Of a DNA stretch of 64,000 nucleotides, positions 18,676-28,482 are shown in pieces; positions within the stretch are counted from its first letter, which is position 1, and the number at the start of each line of letters is the position of its first letter. The stretch spans positions 3,580 through 67,579 of the forward strand of contig JBAXUB010000006.1 in NCBI GenBank assembly GCA_037129895.1. Reading direction: 5' to 3'. The position numbers and the translations under genes are program-made. The notes beneath the pieces were generated by a model. The model was not told the origin of the DNA and ran no database searches. It saw nothing but the letters and a program-made list of their open reading frames with translations. This DNA comes from Candidatus Tayloriibacteriota bacterium. GTDB taxonomy: Bacteria; Patescibacteriota; Minisyncoccia; Phycocordibacterales; PALSA-1337.

Positions 18676-18711
18676 ACTGCCTCATAGCCAGCTCGAGAGG
18701 TACTAATATAG

Positions 18712-18741
18712 AAAAGAGCGGCCTATCGGTCGCTCTTTTTT
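18712..18741. terminator. Bidirectional intrinsic terminator
   Basis: AAAAGAGCGGCC-tatc-GGTCGCTCTTTTT between convergent genes. Confidence 0.8.
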
Positions 18742-18767
18742 CTGACTGCCCGCTGCTAAGGCTTGTT

Positions 18768-18977
18768 TTAGTCGCGCTCAGGCGGGAGGCTATATGCAAC
18801 CCTATTCCCAGTATACACTGGATTGAAGTGAGCAACGGTTGGCGTTTGCCCAGTAGAGTGGGTTGTGTTCGAAGGAAGATTTACACTCTCTTTCAGTATG
18901 AGCCCCCGCCACTTCCTAGGTCGTTTGGACTCAATTTCTTCCATGTTCTCGAACAACTCTGCTTGTTTGTACAACAT
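18768..18977 (-). CDS. Small hypothetical protein (69 aa)
   Basis: Preceded by an AAAAGGA SD-like sequence and TTGACA-17-AATCAT (19042-19014); fills an otherwise empty gap. Confidence 0.5.
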   Translation of the reverse strand: MLYKQAELFENMEEIESKRPRKWRGLILKESVNLPSNTTHSTGQTPTVAHFNPVYTGNRVAYSLPPERD

Positions 18978-19050
18978 AATGATACAATTCCTTTTGTTAA
19001 AGGTTCTGAGGGAATGATTACATGTAACACCAGTGTTGTCAACTGCAGTG

Positions 19051-19521
19051 TTATTTTGTATCTTTGATCAATTCCTCAACAGCTCTTTTTACATCATTAC
19101 CATCAGCCTTACCAGAGAGCTCTTTCATGATCATACCGGTGATCTTGCCTCCGGCTTTCGGATCGAATGTACCTTGTGATTTCAGAGCATCGATACGTTG
19201 ATGAACAACGATCTTGATCTGTTCGTAGGTCATCATTGCTGGCATGAATGATTCTAGAATAGCGAGTTCCGTTTGCTCCTTGGATACTAGATCTATGCGG
19301 CCACCTTTGGTGAATTGTTCGATCGAGTCTTTTCTTTGTTTAACGCTTCGTTTGATAAGGAGAAGCATTTTTTCATCTGGCAAAAAGTCAACTTGCAAGC
19401 TTCCTGATAGGAGCTCATTTAGAGCCAAGGCATTCAATCCTCGCAAAGTCTCGAGTCTGATAGCATCTTTTGCACGCAGTGCTTCTTTTATTTGGTTTTT
19501 GATAGTTTCATGTATTGTCAT
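19051..19521 (-). CDS. GatB/YqeY domain protein
   Basis: KQRKDSIEQFTKGGR.DL...E..IL..F.P and G.ADG motifs. Confidence 0.92.
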   Translation of the reverse strand: MTIHETIKNQIKEALRAKDAIRLETLRGLNALALNELLSGSLQVDFLPDEKMLLLIKRSVKQRKDSIEQFTKGGRIDLVSKEQTELAILESFMPAMMTYEQIKIVVHQRIDALKSQGTFDPKAGGKITGMIMKELSGKADGNDVKRAVEELIKDTK

Positions 19522-19619
19522 AGATACAGTCTACAATCATTCAATATTTGTTACAAGAGCGTGTAAGGTTATGTGTAGACAGTCTTGTGTCAGTCACCTC
19601 GAACCTGTAAACTGTAGTC

Positions 19620-20714
19620 ATGGAAATATTACTTATCACACTCATAGTCATAGCAATCGTTGCAATCATCGTGATGGGTCTATTACTTGCAAAGAAGGGC
19701 ACAAAGGATGTTGCCAAAGAAGATACTGGACTTCGTCTCATATTGGAGCAAGTCAATGAATTGTCGCGTACAGTTGACCGCAAAGTCGGAGATCTGACGA
19801 AAACGGTAGATTCAAAGATTGACCAATCATCCAAGAATATGCAGGAATCGATGCGTTCACAATTATCCGAATCTTCCAAATTGATACGTGAAGTCACACA
19901 AGGCCTCACTAAACTAGACGAGACGAACAGGCAGGTTGTTTCCTTCGCTGATCAACTACAAAATTTGCAGGACATTTTGAAGAATCCGAAACATAGAGGC
20001 ATCTTGGGCGAATACTATCTCGAATCATTACTCAAGAATGTATTGGCACCAGGTCAATACCAGATGCAATATGCATTCAAGAATGGGGAAATCGTCGATG
20101 CAGCAGTATTTGTAAAGGATAAGGTCATACCGATCGATTCGAAATTCTCATTGGAAAATTACAATAAACTAGCCGAAGAAAAGAATCCAGCCGAAAAGGA
20201 CAAATTGGAGAAAGCCTTTGTCAATGATCTCAAACTGCGCATACAGGAGACATCAAAATACATTCGTCCAAATGAAAAAACTATGGATTTTGCATTCATG
20301 TTCATTCCACATGAGGCTATATATTATGATCTATTGGTAAACAAGATCGGATCATCAGTAGAAGAGACTGATAATCTGATACAACGGGCTGCTAGTAAGT
20401 ACAAGGTCATCATAGTGTCACCGACATCGTTTCTGGCTTATCTTCAGACTGTATTACAGGGTTTGAAAGCTTTACAGATCGAGGAAACTGCAAAAGATAT
20501 CATAAAGAGGGTTGGAGAACTCGGAACTCATCTCCGAAAATATGATGAATATCATAACAAGCTCGGTGCGTCTCTCTCTACTGTCGTCAATCATTACAAT
20601 AGCTCAGCCAAAGAGTTCAAGAAGGTGGATAAGGACGTGTTACGTATAACAGGTGAGGCTCCAGGTCTCAAGATCCAGGAGTTGGAAAGGCCAGATGAAA
20701 TAGAGGTCATATAG
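19620..20714 (+). CDS. rmuC: DNA recombination protein RmuC
   Basis: TM anchor, coiled coil, KHRGILGEYYLE, IPIDSKF and FMFIPHEAIY motifs. Confidence 0.93.
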   Translation: MEILLITLIVIAIVAIIVMGLLLAKKGTKDVAKEDTGLRLILEQVNELSRTVDRKVGDLTKTVDSKIDQSSKNMQESMRSQLSESSKLIREVTQGLTKLDETNRQVVSFADQLQNLQDILKNPKHRGILGEYYLESLLKNVLAPGQYQMQYAFKNGEIVDAAVFVKDKVIPIDSKFSLENYNKLAEEKNPAEKDKLEKAFVNDLKLRIQETSKYIRPNEKTMDFAFMFIPHEAIYYDLLVNKIGSSVEETDNLIQRAASKYKVIIVSPTSFLAYLQTVLQGLKALQIEETAKDIIKRVGELGTHLRKYDEYHNKLGASLSTVVNHYNSSAKEFKKVDKDVLRITGEAPGLKIQELERPDEIEVI

Positions 20715-20765
20715 GCTTCCTTTTAGTTGCGTTTCTGGGCCCTCTGGTGTATACTACTTTCCACT

Positions 20766-21083
20766 ATGGAATTTGCCATTATAGAGACAGGAGGTAAACA
20801 ATATACCGTTTCAAAGGGCGATACTATCGCTATTGAGAAGCTTTTAGACACCCAAAAAGAGGGTGATGTAGTTACTTTTGACAAGGTTTTATTGGTTGAT
20901 AACGGCAAAGACACAACTATCGGCACGCCATACATCGCAAAGGCGAGTGTCACAGCGAAAGTCGTAGAGATTGGCCGTGCTGCGAAGATAACCGTCGTTC
21001 ACTACAAGCAAAAGTCCCGATATTTCAAGAAAAACGGACACAGACAGCCTTTTGTGAAAGTCCTCATAGAATCACTCAAATAA
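20766..21083 (+). CDS. rplU: 50S ribosomal protein L21
   Basis: FAIIETGGKQY and GHRQPF motifs; start set at ATG 20766. Confidence 0.97.
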   Translation: MEFAIIETGGKQYTVSKGDTIAIEKLLDTQKEGDVVTFDKVLLVDNGKDTTIGTPYIAKASVTAKVVEIGRAAKITVVHYKQKSRYFKKNGHRQPFVKVLIESLK

Positions 21084-21090
21084 TAGTCTA

Positions 21091-21729
21091 TTAAGCGCGA
21101 TTCTTTAAGGCGCTTTTTATCGTATCGCCATCTACGTATTCGAGTTCAGCGCCAGTAGATAGGCCTCTACCAAGTACAGTGAGTTTTGTCGGTATTAGTT
21201 CATCCTTTGTGATTTTCATCAATGCTTCGCGTACGATATTGGTCGTATGTTCGCCGTCAGGAGTAGTATTCATTGATAGAATTATTTCAGTAGGTGTAGA
21301 TTTCATTTCGGTAATATTTTCCAACAATATTTTCAGACGTATACGTTTCTCTGGCTCTTTATCCAATACAGGTACTGTACCTCCGAGGATGAAATATAAT
21401 CCTCTGTAAGCACCGGACCTCTCGATCGACTCAAAGTCTGAATCCCTCGCGACTATCATGAGGGTTGAATGATCACGTGTTGTATCTCCACATATCGAAC
21501 ATATATGTGAATCTGATCGAGTCGTCTGATTACCATATGTATCCATGAATAGTCGCTGACATTGTCCGCATTGAGTAGTAGATTTCTTTACTTCTTCTAT
21601 CAGCCTAGAAAAGTCCTTGATAAATGATTGGGGTTTACTGAGAAGGTAGTATGCGAATCTCCTAGCTTGTCTAGGACCGATGCCAGGGAAGTGCGAGAAT
21701 ATTTCTATGAGTTTATTCAGATTATCCAT
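21091..21729 (-). CDS. recR: Recombination mediator RecR
   Basis: PGIGPRQARR HhH motif, C4 zinc finger, TOPRIM region and GAELEYVD. Confidence 0.95.
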   Translation of the reverse strand: MDNLNKLIEIFSHFPGIGPRQARRFAYYLLSKPQSFIKDFSRLIEEVKKSTTQCGQCQRLFMDTYGNQTTRSDSHICSICGDTTRDHSTLMIVARDSDFESIERSGAYRGLYFILGGTVPVLDKEPEKRIRLKILLENITEMKSTPTEIILSMNTTPDGEHTTNIVREALMKITKDELIPTKLTVLGRGLSTGAELEYVDGDTIKSALKNRA

Positions 21730-21731
21730 GT

Positions 21732-23111
21732 CTATACTTTATCAAAATCACCGAAGTCTGCTTTGTCTACAGACAAGAAAGTCGTTTTCTTGCTATCAAA
21801 GAATAGTTTGACTGTACCAGTTGGACCATTTCTGTGTTTTTCTATCATGATCTCAGCTTCTTCTTTGCGACCTCCAACATCCTGATCTGCTTCACGGTGT
21901 ATGAACATGACCACGTCAGCATCCTGCTCGATCGAACCAGAGTCACGTAGGTCAGAAAGTCTCGGTTTTCCACCTCTCTGTTCGACAGCACGAGATAGCT
22001 GTGAGAGGGCGAGAACTGGCACTTCGAGTTCGCGAGCCAAGTTCTTCAATGATCTTGAAATCTCAGTAACTTGCTGAACGAGGTTGTCATTGTTTTTTGT
22101 ATTTGTCGGTAACATAAGCTGTAGGTAATCCACAACTATGAGTCCCAGGCCCTTTTCGTTCTTGAGGCGTCTAGCGACAGCACGCATCTTCAGGATATTA
22201 TTTCCAGGTTGATCATCTATATAGATAGGCGCGTCAGATAGTCTAGATATTGCATCTCCGATCGCCTTGAAATCATCAGTAACTGATAGATTGTGACCTG
22301 TACGGATCTTCCATGAGTCGACCTGAGACTCGGCTGCGAGCATACGATCAACGAGTTGTTGAGAGCTCATTTCGAGTGAGAATATAGCGACTGGCACCTT
22401 GAAATTAACGGCGGCTTTGCGAGCAATATCTAGTGCGAGTGAGGTCTTTCCCATAGATGGTCTAGCGGCGAGTATGATAAGGTCGGACTTCTGCATTCCT
22501 GAAAGCTTGTTATCTAGATCCACGAAACCTGTATGCACACCGCGTAGTTGGTCCTTCGTATTGTGTAGATGTTCCAACCTTTCCCATGCCTCATGCAATG
22601 TGTCTTTGAGGGCGATAAACTTGTGTGAGCCTGTCTTATTCGTGACTGCATACAGTGCCTTGTCAGCTTTGTCTAGAATGTCGTGTAAATCAGCTTCTTC
22701 ATCATAGCCTAGGTTACTGATGTTTTCTGCAGCTCGTAATAGCTCTCGCATAATGTGCTTTTTGCCAACCATGTCGGCATAATGATTGACGTTGGTCGAA
22801 GTTGGAACACAATTGATAAGTTCGGTCAGGAATGTCATACCGCCGATCTGTTCGAGTTGCTCTTTTTCTTTGAGTCTTGCTGAAACTGATAGGACGTCGA
22901 TCGGGTTGCCCTTCGTATGTAGTTCGAATAGTGTCGCCCATACCATCCTGTGAATATTTGAATAGAAGGATTGCTCATTCACTATATCTGCGACATCATG
23001 CATAGCCTCACCGCGGATCATGATGGATCCGAGCAGTGCCTTTTCGGCTTCGAGACTGTGTGGTGGGACTTTCAGATCTCTTGTCTTGAAGTATGGTGAT
23101 GTCGTGTTCAT
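21732..23111 (-). CDS. dnaB: Replicative DNA helicase DnaB
   Basis: PPHSLEAE, AARPSMGKT, VDYLQL and LSDLRDSGSIEQDAD motifs; no intein. Confidence 0.98.
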   Translation of the reverse strand: MNTTSPYFKTRDLKVPPHSLEAEKALLGSIMIRGEAMHDVADIVNEQSFYSNIHRMVWATLFELHTKGNPIDVLSVSARLKEKEQLEQIGGMTFLTELINCVPTSTNVNHYADMVGKKHIMRELLRAAENISNLGYDEEADLHDILDKADKALYAVTNKTGSHKFIALKDTLHEAWERLEHLHNTKDQLRGVHTGFVDLDNKLSGMQKSDLIILAARPSMGKTSLALDIARKAAVNFKVPVAIFSLEMSSQQLVDRMLAAESQVDSWKIRTGHNLSVTDDFKAIGDAISRLSDAPIYIDDQPGNNILKMRAVARRLKNEKGLGLIVVDYLQLMLPTNTKNNDNLVQQVTEISRSLKNLARELEVPVLALSQLSRAVEQRGGKPRLSDLRDSGSIEQDADVVMFIHREADQDVGGRKEEAEIMIEKHRNGPTGTVKLFFDSKKTTFLSVDKADFGDFDKV

Positions 23112-23227
23112 AATATTCCAGTTGTAAGTGGTCTCATTGTATCATTTATATATAGTTTGCAAACGCCGATTCAAACACGAGATAGTGGAAAACATGTGTA
23201 TATCTAAATTTGTCTCGGATGAAAAAC

Positions 23228-23299
23228 TTTATCAAAACTTTATTTTGATTTTATCAGTTCTTTATCGAGATTTTATCTAAACTTTATCAGAAATTTATC
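23228..23299 (+). repeat. Phased array of seven TTTAT(C/T) motifs at an 11-bp period
   Basis: Motif starts at 23228, 23239, 23250, 23261, 23272, 23283 and 23294. Confidence 0.9.
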
Positions 23300-23344
23300 T
23301 CATTTTGGTAGAGTGACACCATTATTAGTAATTATTCAAATATT

Positions 23345-23566
23345 ATGGCTTTAGAAAAACGAGATATAGAAATTGTCGAGAGTATTGTTTATAAAAACGC
23401 TGACGACATAGCTGTTTCCATAGCTAGAAGCTTTGAGAGACTCGAAGAAAGGATCGATTCTGCAGAATCGAGATTGTATTCACGAATGGCTGATATAGAA
23501 GATGCTGTTACTGAAGTGAGAGATTTATTGAAAGAAGAAGAGGGGGAAGATTTAGATTTGGAATAG
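23345..23566 (+). CDS. Small coiled-coil hypothetical protein (73 aa)
   Basis: Clean ORF with amphipathic heptads (FERLEERIDSAESRLYSRMADIE) and an acidic tail. Confidence 0.7.
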   Translation: MALEKRDIEIVESIVYKNADDIAVSIARSFERLEERIDSAESRLYSRMADIEDAVTEVRDLLKEEEGEDLDLE

Positions 23567-23585
23567 GTAAAAAATAAAATATTAA

Positions 23586-25010
23586 CTATTTCTTCAACAC
23601 ATTAACTCCTTTTTCAGTATCCTTGACTATATATCCACGAGCTTCGATCTCTGCACGCAGAGCATCTGATTTTTTCCAATCTTTCTCCTTGCGAGCATCT
23701 TCACGAGCATCTACGAGAGCGACGATTTCGACTGGTAATGATGATGAATTTTCTGATTCAGTAGTCTTTGGTACATCTCTCAGTCCTAGTCCGAGAACGC
23801 GATCGAATTCCAGTAATGTCGCCAATTTGTCCGTATCCTTTTGTTCGGAGTCCTTGGTTAGGTCCCACGCTAGCGCAATGGCTTTTGGGGTGTCTAGGTC
23901 ATCATTTACATGTGCTCTAAAACGCTCAATATAGGCGGATATCGGGGTACCAATGCTATTTTGACCGCTATACTGACTAACTGTAGCCATGAGTCTTATA
24001 AGGGCGTTTTGAGCCCCACGAACAGCCTCAAAACTGAAATTCGCAGGGGATCTATAATGCGCTGTAAGGAGCCAGTATCTATAACCAATAGGGGAGATGG
24101 ATTCGTCTTTGAGACCACTCAATGTTATGAATCCGCCGGCAGATTTTGCCATCTTGCTATTATTCAAAGTGATGAATTCATTGTGCATCCAGTAATTGGC
24201 CAGTGGCTTGTCGTATGCGGCTTCTGACTGAGCGATCTCATTGTTATGGTGAACTGGTATATGATCAATACCGCCTGTATGAATGTCGAATGGCTGACCC
24301 AAGTATTTCCTTGACATTGCCGAACATTCTATATGCCAACCCGGAAAACCCTTGCCCCACGGACTATCCCAGCCGAGCTTCGTATCAAATTTCCATAAAC
24401 AAAAATCACGTTGACTTTTCTTTTCAGTATTCAAACCTATGCGAGATACATCTTTTTGTTCTTGGGCTGACGTATCACCTGTCACAGATTGACCGAGTTT
24501 TCCATAGGAAGGGAATCTGGCCGTATCGAAATATAGTCCGTCACTAGTTTTGTACATAAAGCCCTTTTCTTCGAGCTTCTGGATAATTTCAATATCTTCT
24601 TGGATATGTTCACTAGCCTTTGGAAAATTCTCTGGTAATTCGATATTCAGAGCTTTGAAGTCATTCACAAAAGCCTGAAAATATTTTTCGGCAATTACAT
24701 TCATAGACTCCAATGTTAGCGGAAGTTTTTCCCGCTTCAAGGCTTTCGTCATCTTGTCTTCACCATCATCACCTTCACTTACCAAATGACCCACGTCTGT
24801 TATATTGATGACTTGATGGACTTTGTAGTTATTGAATTCCAGAGTTCGTCTCAACGTATCAGCAAAAACATATGATCTCAGATTGCCGATATGTGCAAAA
24901 TCATAGACAGTTGGACCGCAATTGTACATGAAAACCTCGCCAGTTTTGACTGGTTTGAATATCTCCATATTCTTTGATAGCGTGTTGTATACCTTGATTT
25001 CTTTTGCCAT
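23586..25010 (-). CDS. cysS: Cysteine--tRNA ligase
   Basis: YNCGPTVY, HIGN, GFPGWHIECSAM and KMAKS motifs; start reset to MAKEIKVYNTL. Confidence 0.97.
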   Translation of the reverse strand: MAKEIKVYNTLSKNMEIFKPVKTGEVFMYNCGPTVYDFAHIGNLRSYVFADTLRRTLEFNNYKVHQVINITDVGHLVSEGDDGEDKMTKALKREKLPLTLESMNVIAEKYFQAFVNDFKALNIELPENFPKASEHIQEDIEIIQKLEEKGFMYKTSDGLYFDTARFPSYGKLGQSVTGDTSAQEQKDVSRIGLNTEKKSQRDFCLWKFDTKLGWDSPWGKGFPGWHIECSAMSRKYLGQPFDIHTGGIDHIPVHHNNEIAQSEAAYDKPLANYWMHNEFITLNNSKMAKSAGGFITLSGLKDESISPIGYRYWLLTAHYRSPANFSFEAVRGAQNALIRLMATVSQYSGQNSIGTPISAYIERFRAHVNDDLDTPKAIALAWDLTKDSEQKDTDKLATLLEFDRVLGLGLRDVPKTTESENSSSLPVEIVALVDAREDARKEKDWKKSDALRAEIEARGYIVKDTEKGVNVLKK

Positions 25011-25036
25011 ATTGTTGAATTCGTAGACCCGCCCTT

Positions 25037-25960
25037 TTACATCCATTTCTTCTTCTTGAATAATAGTATGAATCCTGCAGTAACTAGTATCGTGATAACC
25101 ATGAGTATTGTCCAACCATATGGGCTGCCGATTATAGGAACGCCTAGGGCTGGAATAGTGAATATCGATGCGATTATTGTAGCAGGGTAACAGATGAATG
25201 TAATGATCGTCAACAGCTTCATGATGTCGTTCTGCTTCGTATTCAATAGCGAATCGTTCGTCTCACGCAAGTCGGCCAGTAATTCTCGAGCATTCCCGGT
25301 AAATTCATGAATTATATTGAACTGATCACGAATATCGCGAATATAGGAAGAGAAATCACCCCCAAATATACTCTTATCTGAAAACTCAACCATATCCTCC
25401 CAAATGTCTCGGTGCATTCTAGCGGTTTGTTTGAAATCGATAAGTTCGCGGCTCAGACTAGACAATACCTCTACCATATCCCTCTCATTACCTTTGAATA
25501 TGCTTTTTTCTGCAGAAGTTATGGAGTCTTTGATATTTTCTAGGTCTTCGATCATGCCCGTATAGATCTTCTTGATCATATAATAGAAAAGATATCCAGC
25601 ATGTTCTATCTTCTCATCTTTATTGAGAATTGTGTTTGCTTCGAATATCTTTCCGAAGTACTCCAATTGCTCTATAGTATCTGTTCTAGAAGTGATGAGA
25701 AAGTTCTTTCCAACAACAAAGTCGATTTCCCGCTCTACGATTTCGGTTACATTACCTTTTCGTTCACGGATAGGTAGAGTAAATACCGCGAGGAAATATT
25801 CATCATAGAACTCGACCTTCGCTAGACTAGAGGTCATCTTGAGTTCTTCTCCCACCAATGGGTGTAGTCCGTATCTCTTGACTAGTGATGAAACTTCATC
25901 ATCTGTTGGCTTTTCTAAGTCTATCCAAACGACACCGCGATAAGTATGTGTATAAGTCAT
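25037..25960 (-). CDS. CorA-family divalent cation transporter
   Basis: WIDLEKPT, LHPL..E and NDIMKLLTII with two C-terminal TM helices. The canonical GMN motif is degenerate (IFTIP). Confidence 0.82.
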   Translation of the reverse strand: MTYTHTYRGVVWIDLEKPTDDEVSSLVKRYGLHPLVGEELKMTSSLAKVEFYDEYFLAVFTLPIRERKGNVTEIVEREIDFVVGKNFLITSRTDTIEQLEYFGKIFEANTILNKDEKIEHAGYLFYYMIKKIYTGMIEDLENIKDSITSAEKSIFKGNERDMVEVLSSLSRELIDFKQTARMHRDIWEDMVEFSDKSIFGGDFSSYIRDIRDQFNIIHEFTGNARELLADLRETNDSLLNTKQNDIMKLLTIITFICYPATIIASIFTIPALGVPIIGSPYGWTILMVITILVTAGFILLFKKKKWM

Positions 25961-26004
25961 GGTTCAATTATATATCGGATCCGTCTCGTGTTCAATGTTT
26001 GTTT

Positions 26005-26059
26005 TGTAGAGGTCAGACCTCTGCATGGCAACATCGGCTGTAGAGGTCAGACCTATGCA
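26005..26059. repeat. REP-like doublet, copies 5-6
   Basis: TGTAGAGGTCAGACCTCTGCA (26005-26025) and TGTAGAGGTCAGACCTATGCA (26039-26059) separated by a 13-nt spacer. Confidence 0.92.
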
Positions 26060-26114
26060 CGGCTGTAAGCACTAAAGTTGAACACATGGTCACATTGTGC
26101 GATAATAGCCGCAC

Positions 26115-27326
26115 ATGAATACAGAAAATAAAAAACTAACTTACGCCCTAGTCGGCGTACCAGTTATAGTACTAGTTCTATTTATCGGCATATTTATAGG
26201 TGGTCGCAATGCTTCTTCGATCGATCGTTCAGATCTGGTCGACCAGTCAATAGTTACGAGTGAAAAATTTCAAAAGTTTTGGAAAGCTTGGCAAATATTG
26301 GATAACAAGTTCGTGACGTCAGCCAGTTCAACTGTTGATAGCAAGATTTATGGAGCTATACAAGGTCTCGCATCGTCATATGGTGATCCATATACGGTAT
26401 TTTTCCCACCTGAACAATCGAAAGCCTTTCAGGAGGACATTTCAGGTAATTTCCAAGGAGTTGGCATGGAGATCGGGATCAGGGAAAAGCAATTACAGGT
26501 TGTCTCACCTATCAAAGACAGTCCAGCATATAAGGCTGGTGTGAAGTCGGGGGACCTCATATTGAAAATTGGCGACAAATCAACAGCAGAGATGAGTGTA
26601 GATGCAGCGGTTAAACTCATTCGTGGCCCGAAGGATACTGAGGTCAAGATCACATTTTTCCCAGTAGGAGGTGCAAAGACTATAGAAAAGACGATTATTC
26701 GTGACATCATCAATATTCCCACATTGGACACAGAAACAAAACCGGGTGGTATATTCGTGATCAAGCTATATAGCTTCACGGCTGATTCACCAAATCTGTT
26801 CCGCAATGCGCTTCGCCAGTTTGTTGCCTCAGGTGATCACAAACTCATCTTAGATCTTCGGGGTAATCCGGGTGGATATCTAGATGCCGCTTGGGATATG
26901 GCTTCATGGTTCCTTCCAGCAGGAGAGACTGTTGTCACAGAAGACTTTGGCGGTAAGGACACACCGAAAGTATATAGGAGTAAGGGCTACAATATATTCA
27001 ACAAGAATCTCAATATGATGATACTCGTTGATAACGGCTCAGCATCAGCGTCAGAGATATTGGCGGGAGCTTTGAAAGAAAATGGTATCGCCAAATTGGT
27101 CGGTACCAAGACCTTTGGAAAGGGTAGTGTACAGGAACTCGTATCACTGACATCTGATACCTCTCTCAAGGTCACGATAGCTCGCTGGCTCACTCCAAAG
27201 GGGCATAACCTGTCACATGACGGTCTAGACCCTGATTATGAAGTTGTTATCACTGACAAGGATGTGGCCTCAAAGACTGACAGTCAGATGAACAAAGCAG
27301 TTGAATTGTTGCAGGCAATACAGTAG
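26115..27326 (+). CDS. C-terminal processing protease, S41A family, with PDZ domain
   Basis: DPYT, PDZ GVGMEI, DLRGNPGG, SASASEI and TFGKGSVQ motifs. Confidence 0.94.
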   Translation: MNTENKKLTYALVGVPVIVLVLFIGIFIGGRNASSIDRSDLVDQSIVTSEKFQKFWKAWQILDNKFVTSASSTVDSKIYGAIQGLASSYGDPYTVFFPPEQSKAFQEDISGNFQGVGMEIGIREKQLQVVSPIKDSPAYKAGVKSGDLILKIGDKSTAEMSVDAAVKLIRGPKDTEVKITFFPVGGAKTIEKTIIRDIINIPTLDTETKPGGIFVIKLYSFTADSPNLFRNALRQFVASGDHKLILDLRGNPGGYLDAAWDMASWFLPAGETVVTEDFGGKDTPKVYRSKGYNIFNKNLNMMILVDNGSASASEILAGALKENGIAKLVGTKTFGKGSVQELVSLTSDTSLKVTIARWLTPKGHNLSHDGLDPDYEVVITDKDVASKTDSQMNKAVELLQAIQ

Positions 27327-27416
27327 AGTGGGGGTAGTGATCTATTCGTATCATTAATATGCATTCGTATATTAGCATCGCATAAGTTTAATACCGCATT
27401 ATTCAAATATAAAAAC

Positions 27417-27860
27417 ATGAAAGTAATCCTACTCAAAGATGTTCCAAAGCTAGGCAAGAGGTTCGATATCAAGGATGTCTCTAGTGGTCATGCACTAAAC
27501 TTGCTCATACCACAGGGCTTGGTTATCACTGCAACTCCAGATGCGATAAAGCGTATCGACGTCATGAAGAAACAGGTAGAGGGTGAGAAGGCCATTCATG
27601 AGGAATTATTGGTAAAGAATATCAAAGGTCTAGATGGTGTTACTATCACGATAGTAGGGAAGGCCAATGACAAGGGACACCTGTTTGCTGGTATTCATAG
27701 AGAAGAAGTCGCAAAGGAGATCGAGAAGCAGACGCAGCTACAAGTAGATCCATTATTCATACAACTTGAACATCCATTGAAGGAAGTCGGTGAACATGAT
27801 GTCGTAGTGAAGGGTGGAGGTAAAGAAGCCAAATTCAAGGTTTTAGTAGAGAACAAATAG
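27417..27860 (+). CDS. rplI: 50S ribosomal protein L9
   Basis: MKVILLKDVPKLGK...GHALNLLIPQG. Confidence 0.95.
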   Translation: MKVILLKDVPKLGKRFDIKDVSSGHALNLLIPQGLVITATPDAIKRIDVMKKQVEGEKAIHEELLVKNIKGLDGVTITIVGKANDKGHLFAGIHREEVAKEIEKQTQLQVDPLFIQLEHPLKEVGEHDVVVKGGGKEAKFKVLVENK

Positions 27861-27880
27861 CACAGATCGAATAGAAGCAC

Positions 27881-27910
27881 AAAAAAAGGAGCCCAGATGG
27901 GTTCCTTTTT
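27881..27910. terminator. Bidirectional intrinsic terminator
   Basis: AAAAAAAGGAGCCC-agat-GGGTTCCTTTTT between convergent rplI and rpmA. Confidence 0.82.
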
Positions 27911-27939
27911 GTAACTATCTGATAGTTTAGAAAATATAC

Positions 27940-28212
27940 TTATATAACACTTGCTGTCTTTTTCCTGTCGATGTGGCTATTGAAGCTAGTCTTTCTCATA
28001 GTACCGAATATGACTTTGCCGTCCTTTAGAGCAAATAGAGTATGATCTTTACCCATACCTACGTTCTTGCCAGGTAATACTGTCGTACCACGCTGACGTA
28101 CGATGATCTGGCCAACAGTGATGCTCTGGTTATGATTGATCTTAACACCCAGATATTGTGGGTTTGAATCGCGACCGTTTTTGGTTGTACCTGCTGCTTT
28201 CTTATGTGCCAT
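27940..28212 (-). CDS. rpmA: 50S ribosomal protein L27
   Basis: [24 protein letters not shown] and DHTLFAL motifs. Confidence 0.98.
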   Translation of the reverse strand: MAHKKAAGTTKNGRDSNPQYLGVKINHNQSITVGQIIVRQRGTTVLPGKNVGMGKDHTLFALKDGKVIFGTMRKTSFNSHIDRKKTASVI

Positions 28213-28482
28213 ATTGGTAAATTATAATATTAAATATAAGATCTCAAATCCGTTAGGAGATGAGGACCTAATTGGTGAAATACAGCTTAACACAGGCTCT
28301 GAATATATGCAATACTCAATATACGGCTTAAAATATAGGTATTTTTGGTGCATAGCATGGCTCTGTTGAGCCATATAATAGGGTAGGGGGTATTGACTTA
28401 TTGGCCTAGGGGTGCTATACTATCCTCACAAAGAGGAACCAAAGTTAGCGCATGCTTACCTAGGTTCTTTTTTATTAAAAAC

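Noticed and set aside
25010-25115. N-terminal extensions given by the ORF track for cysS (and likewise rplU, murG, leuS, RAYT and the 48187 glycosyltransferase)
   Set aside because: They overlap upstream genes or promoter elements; downstream ATGs match the family N-termini and the -10 spacing.
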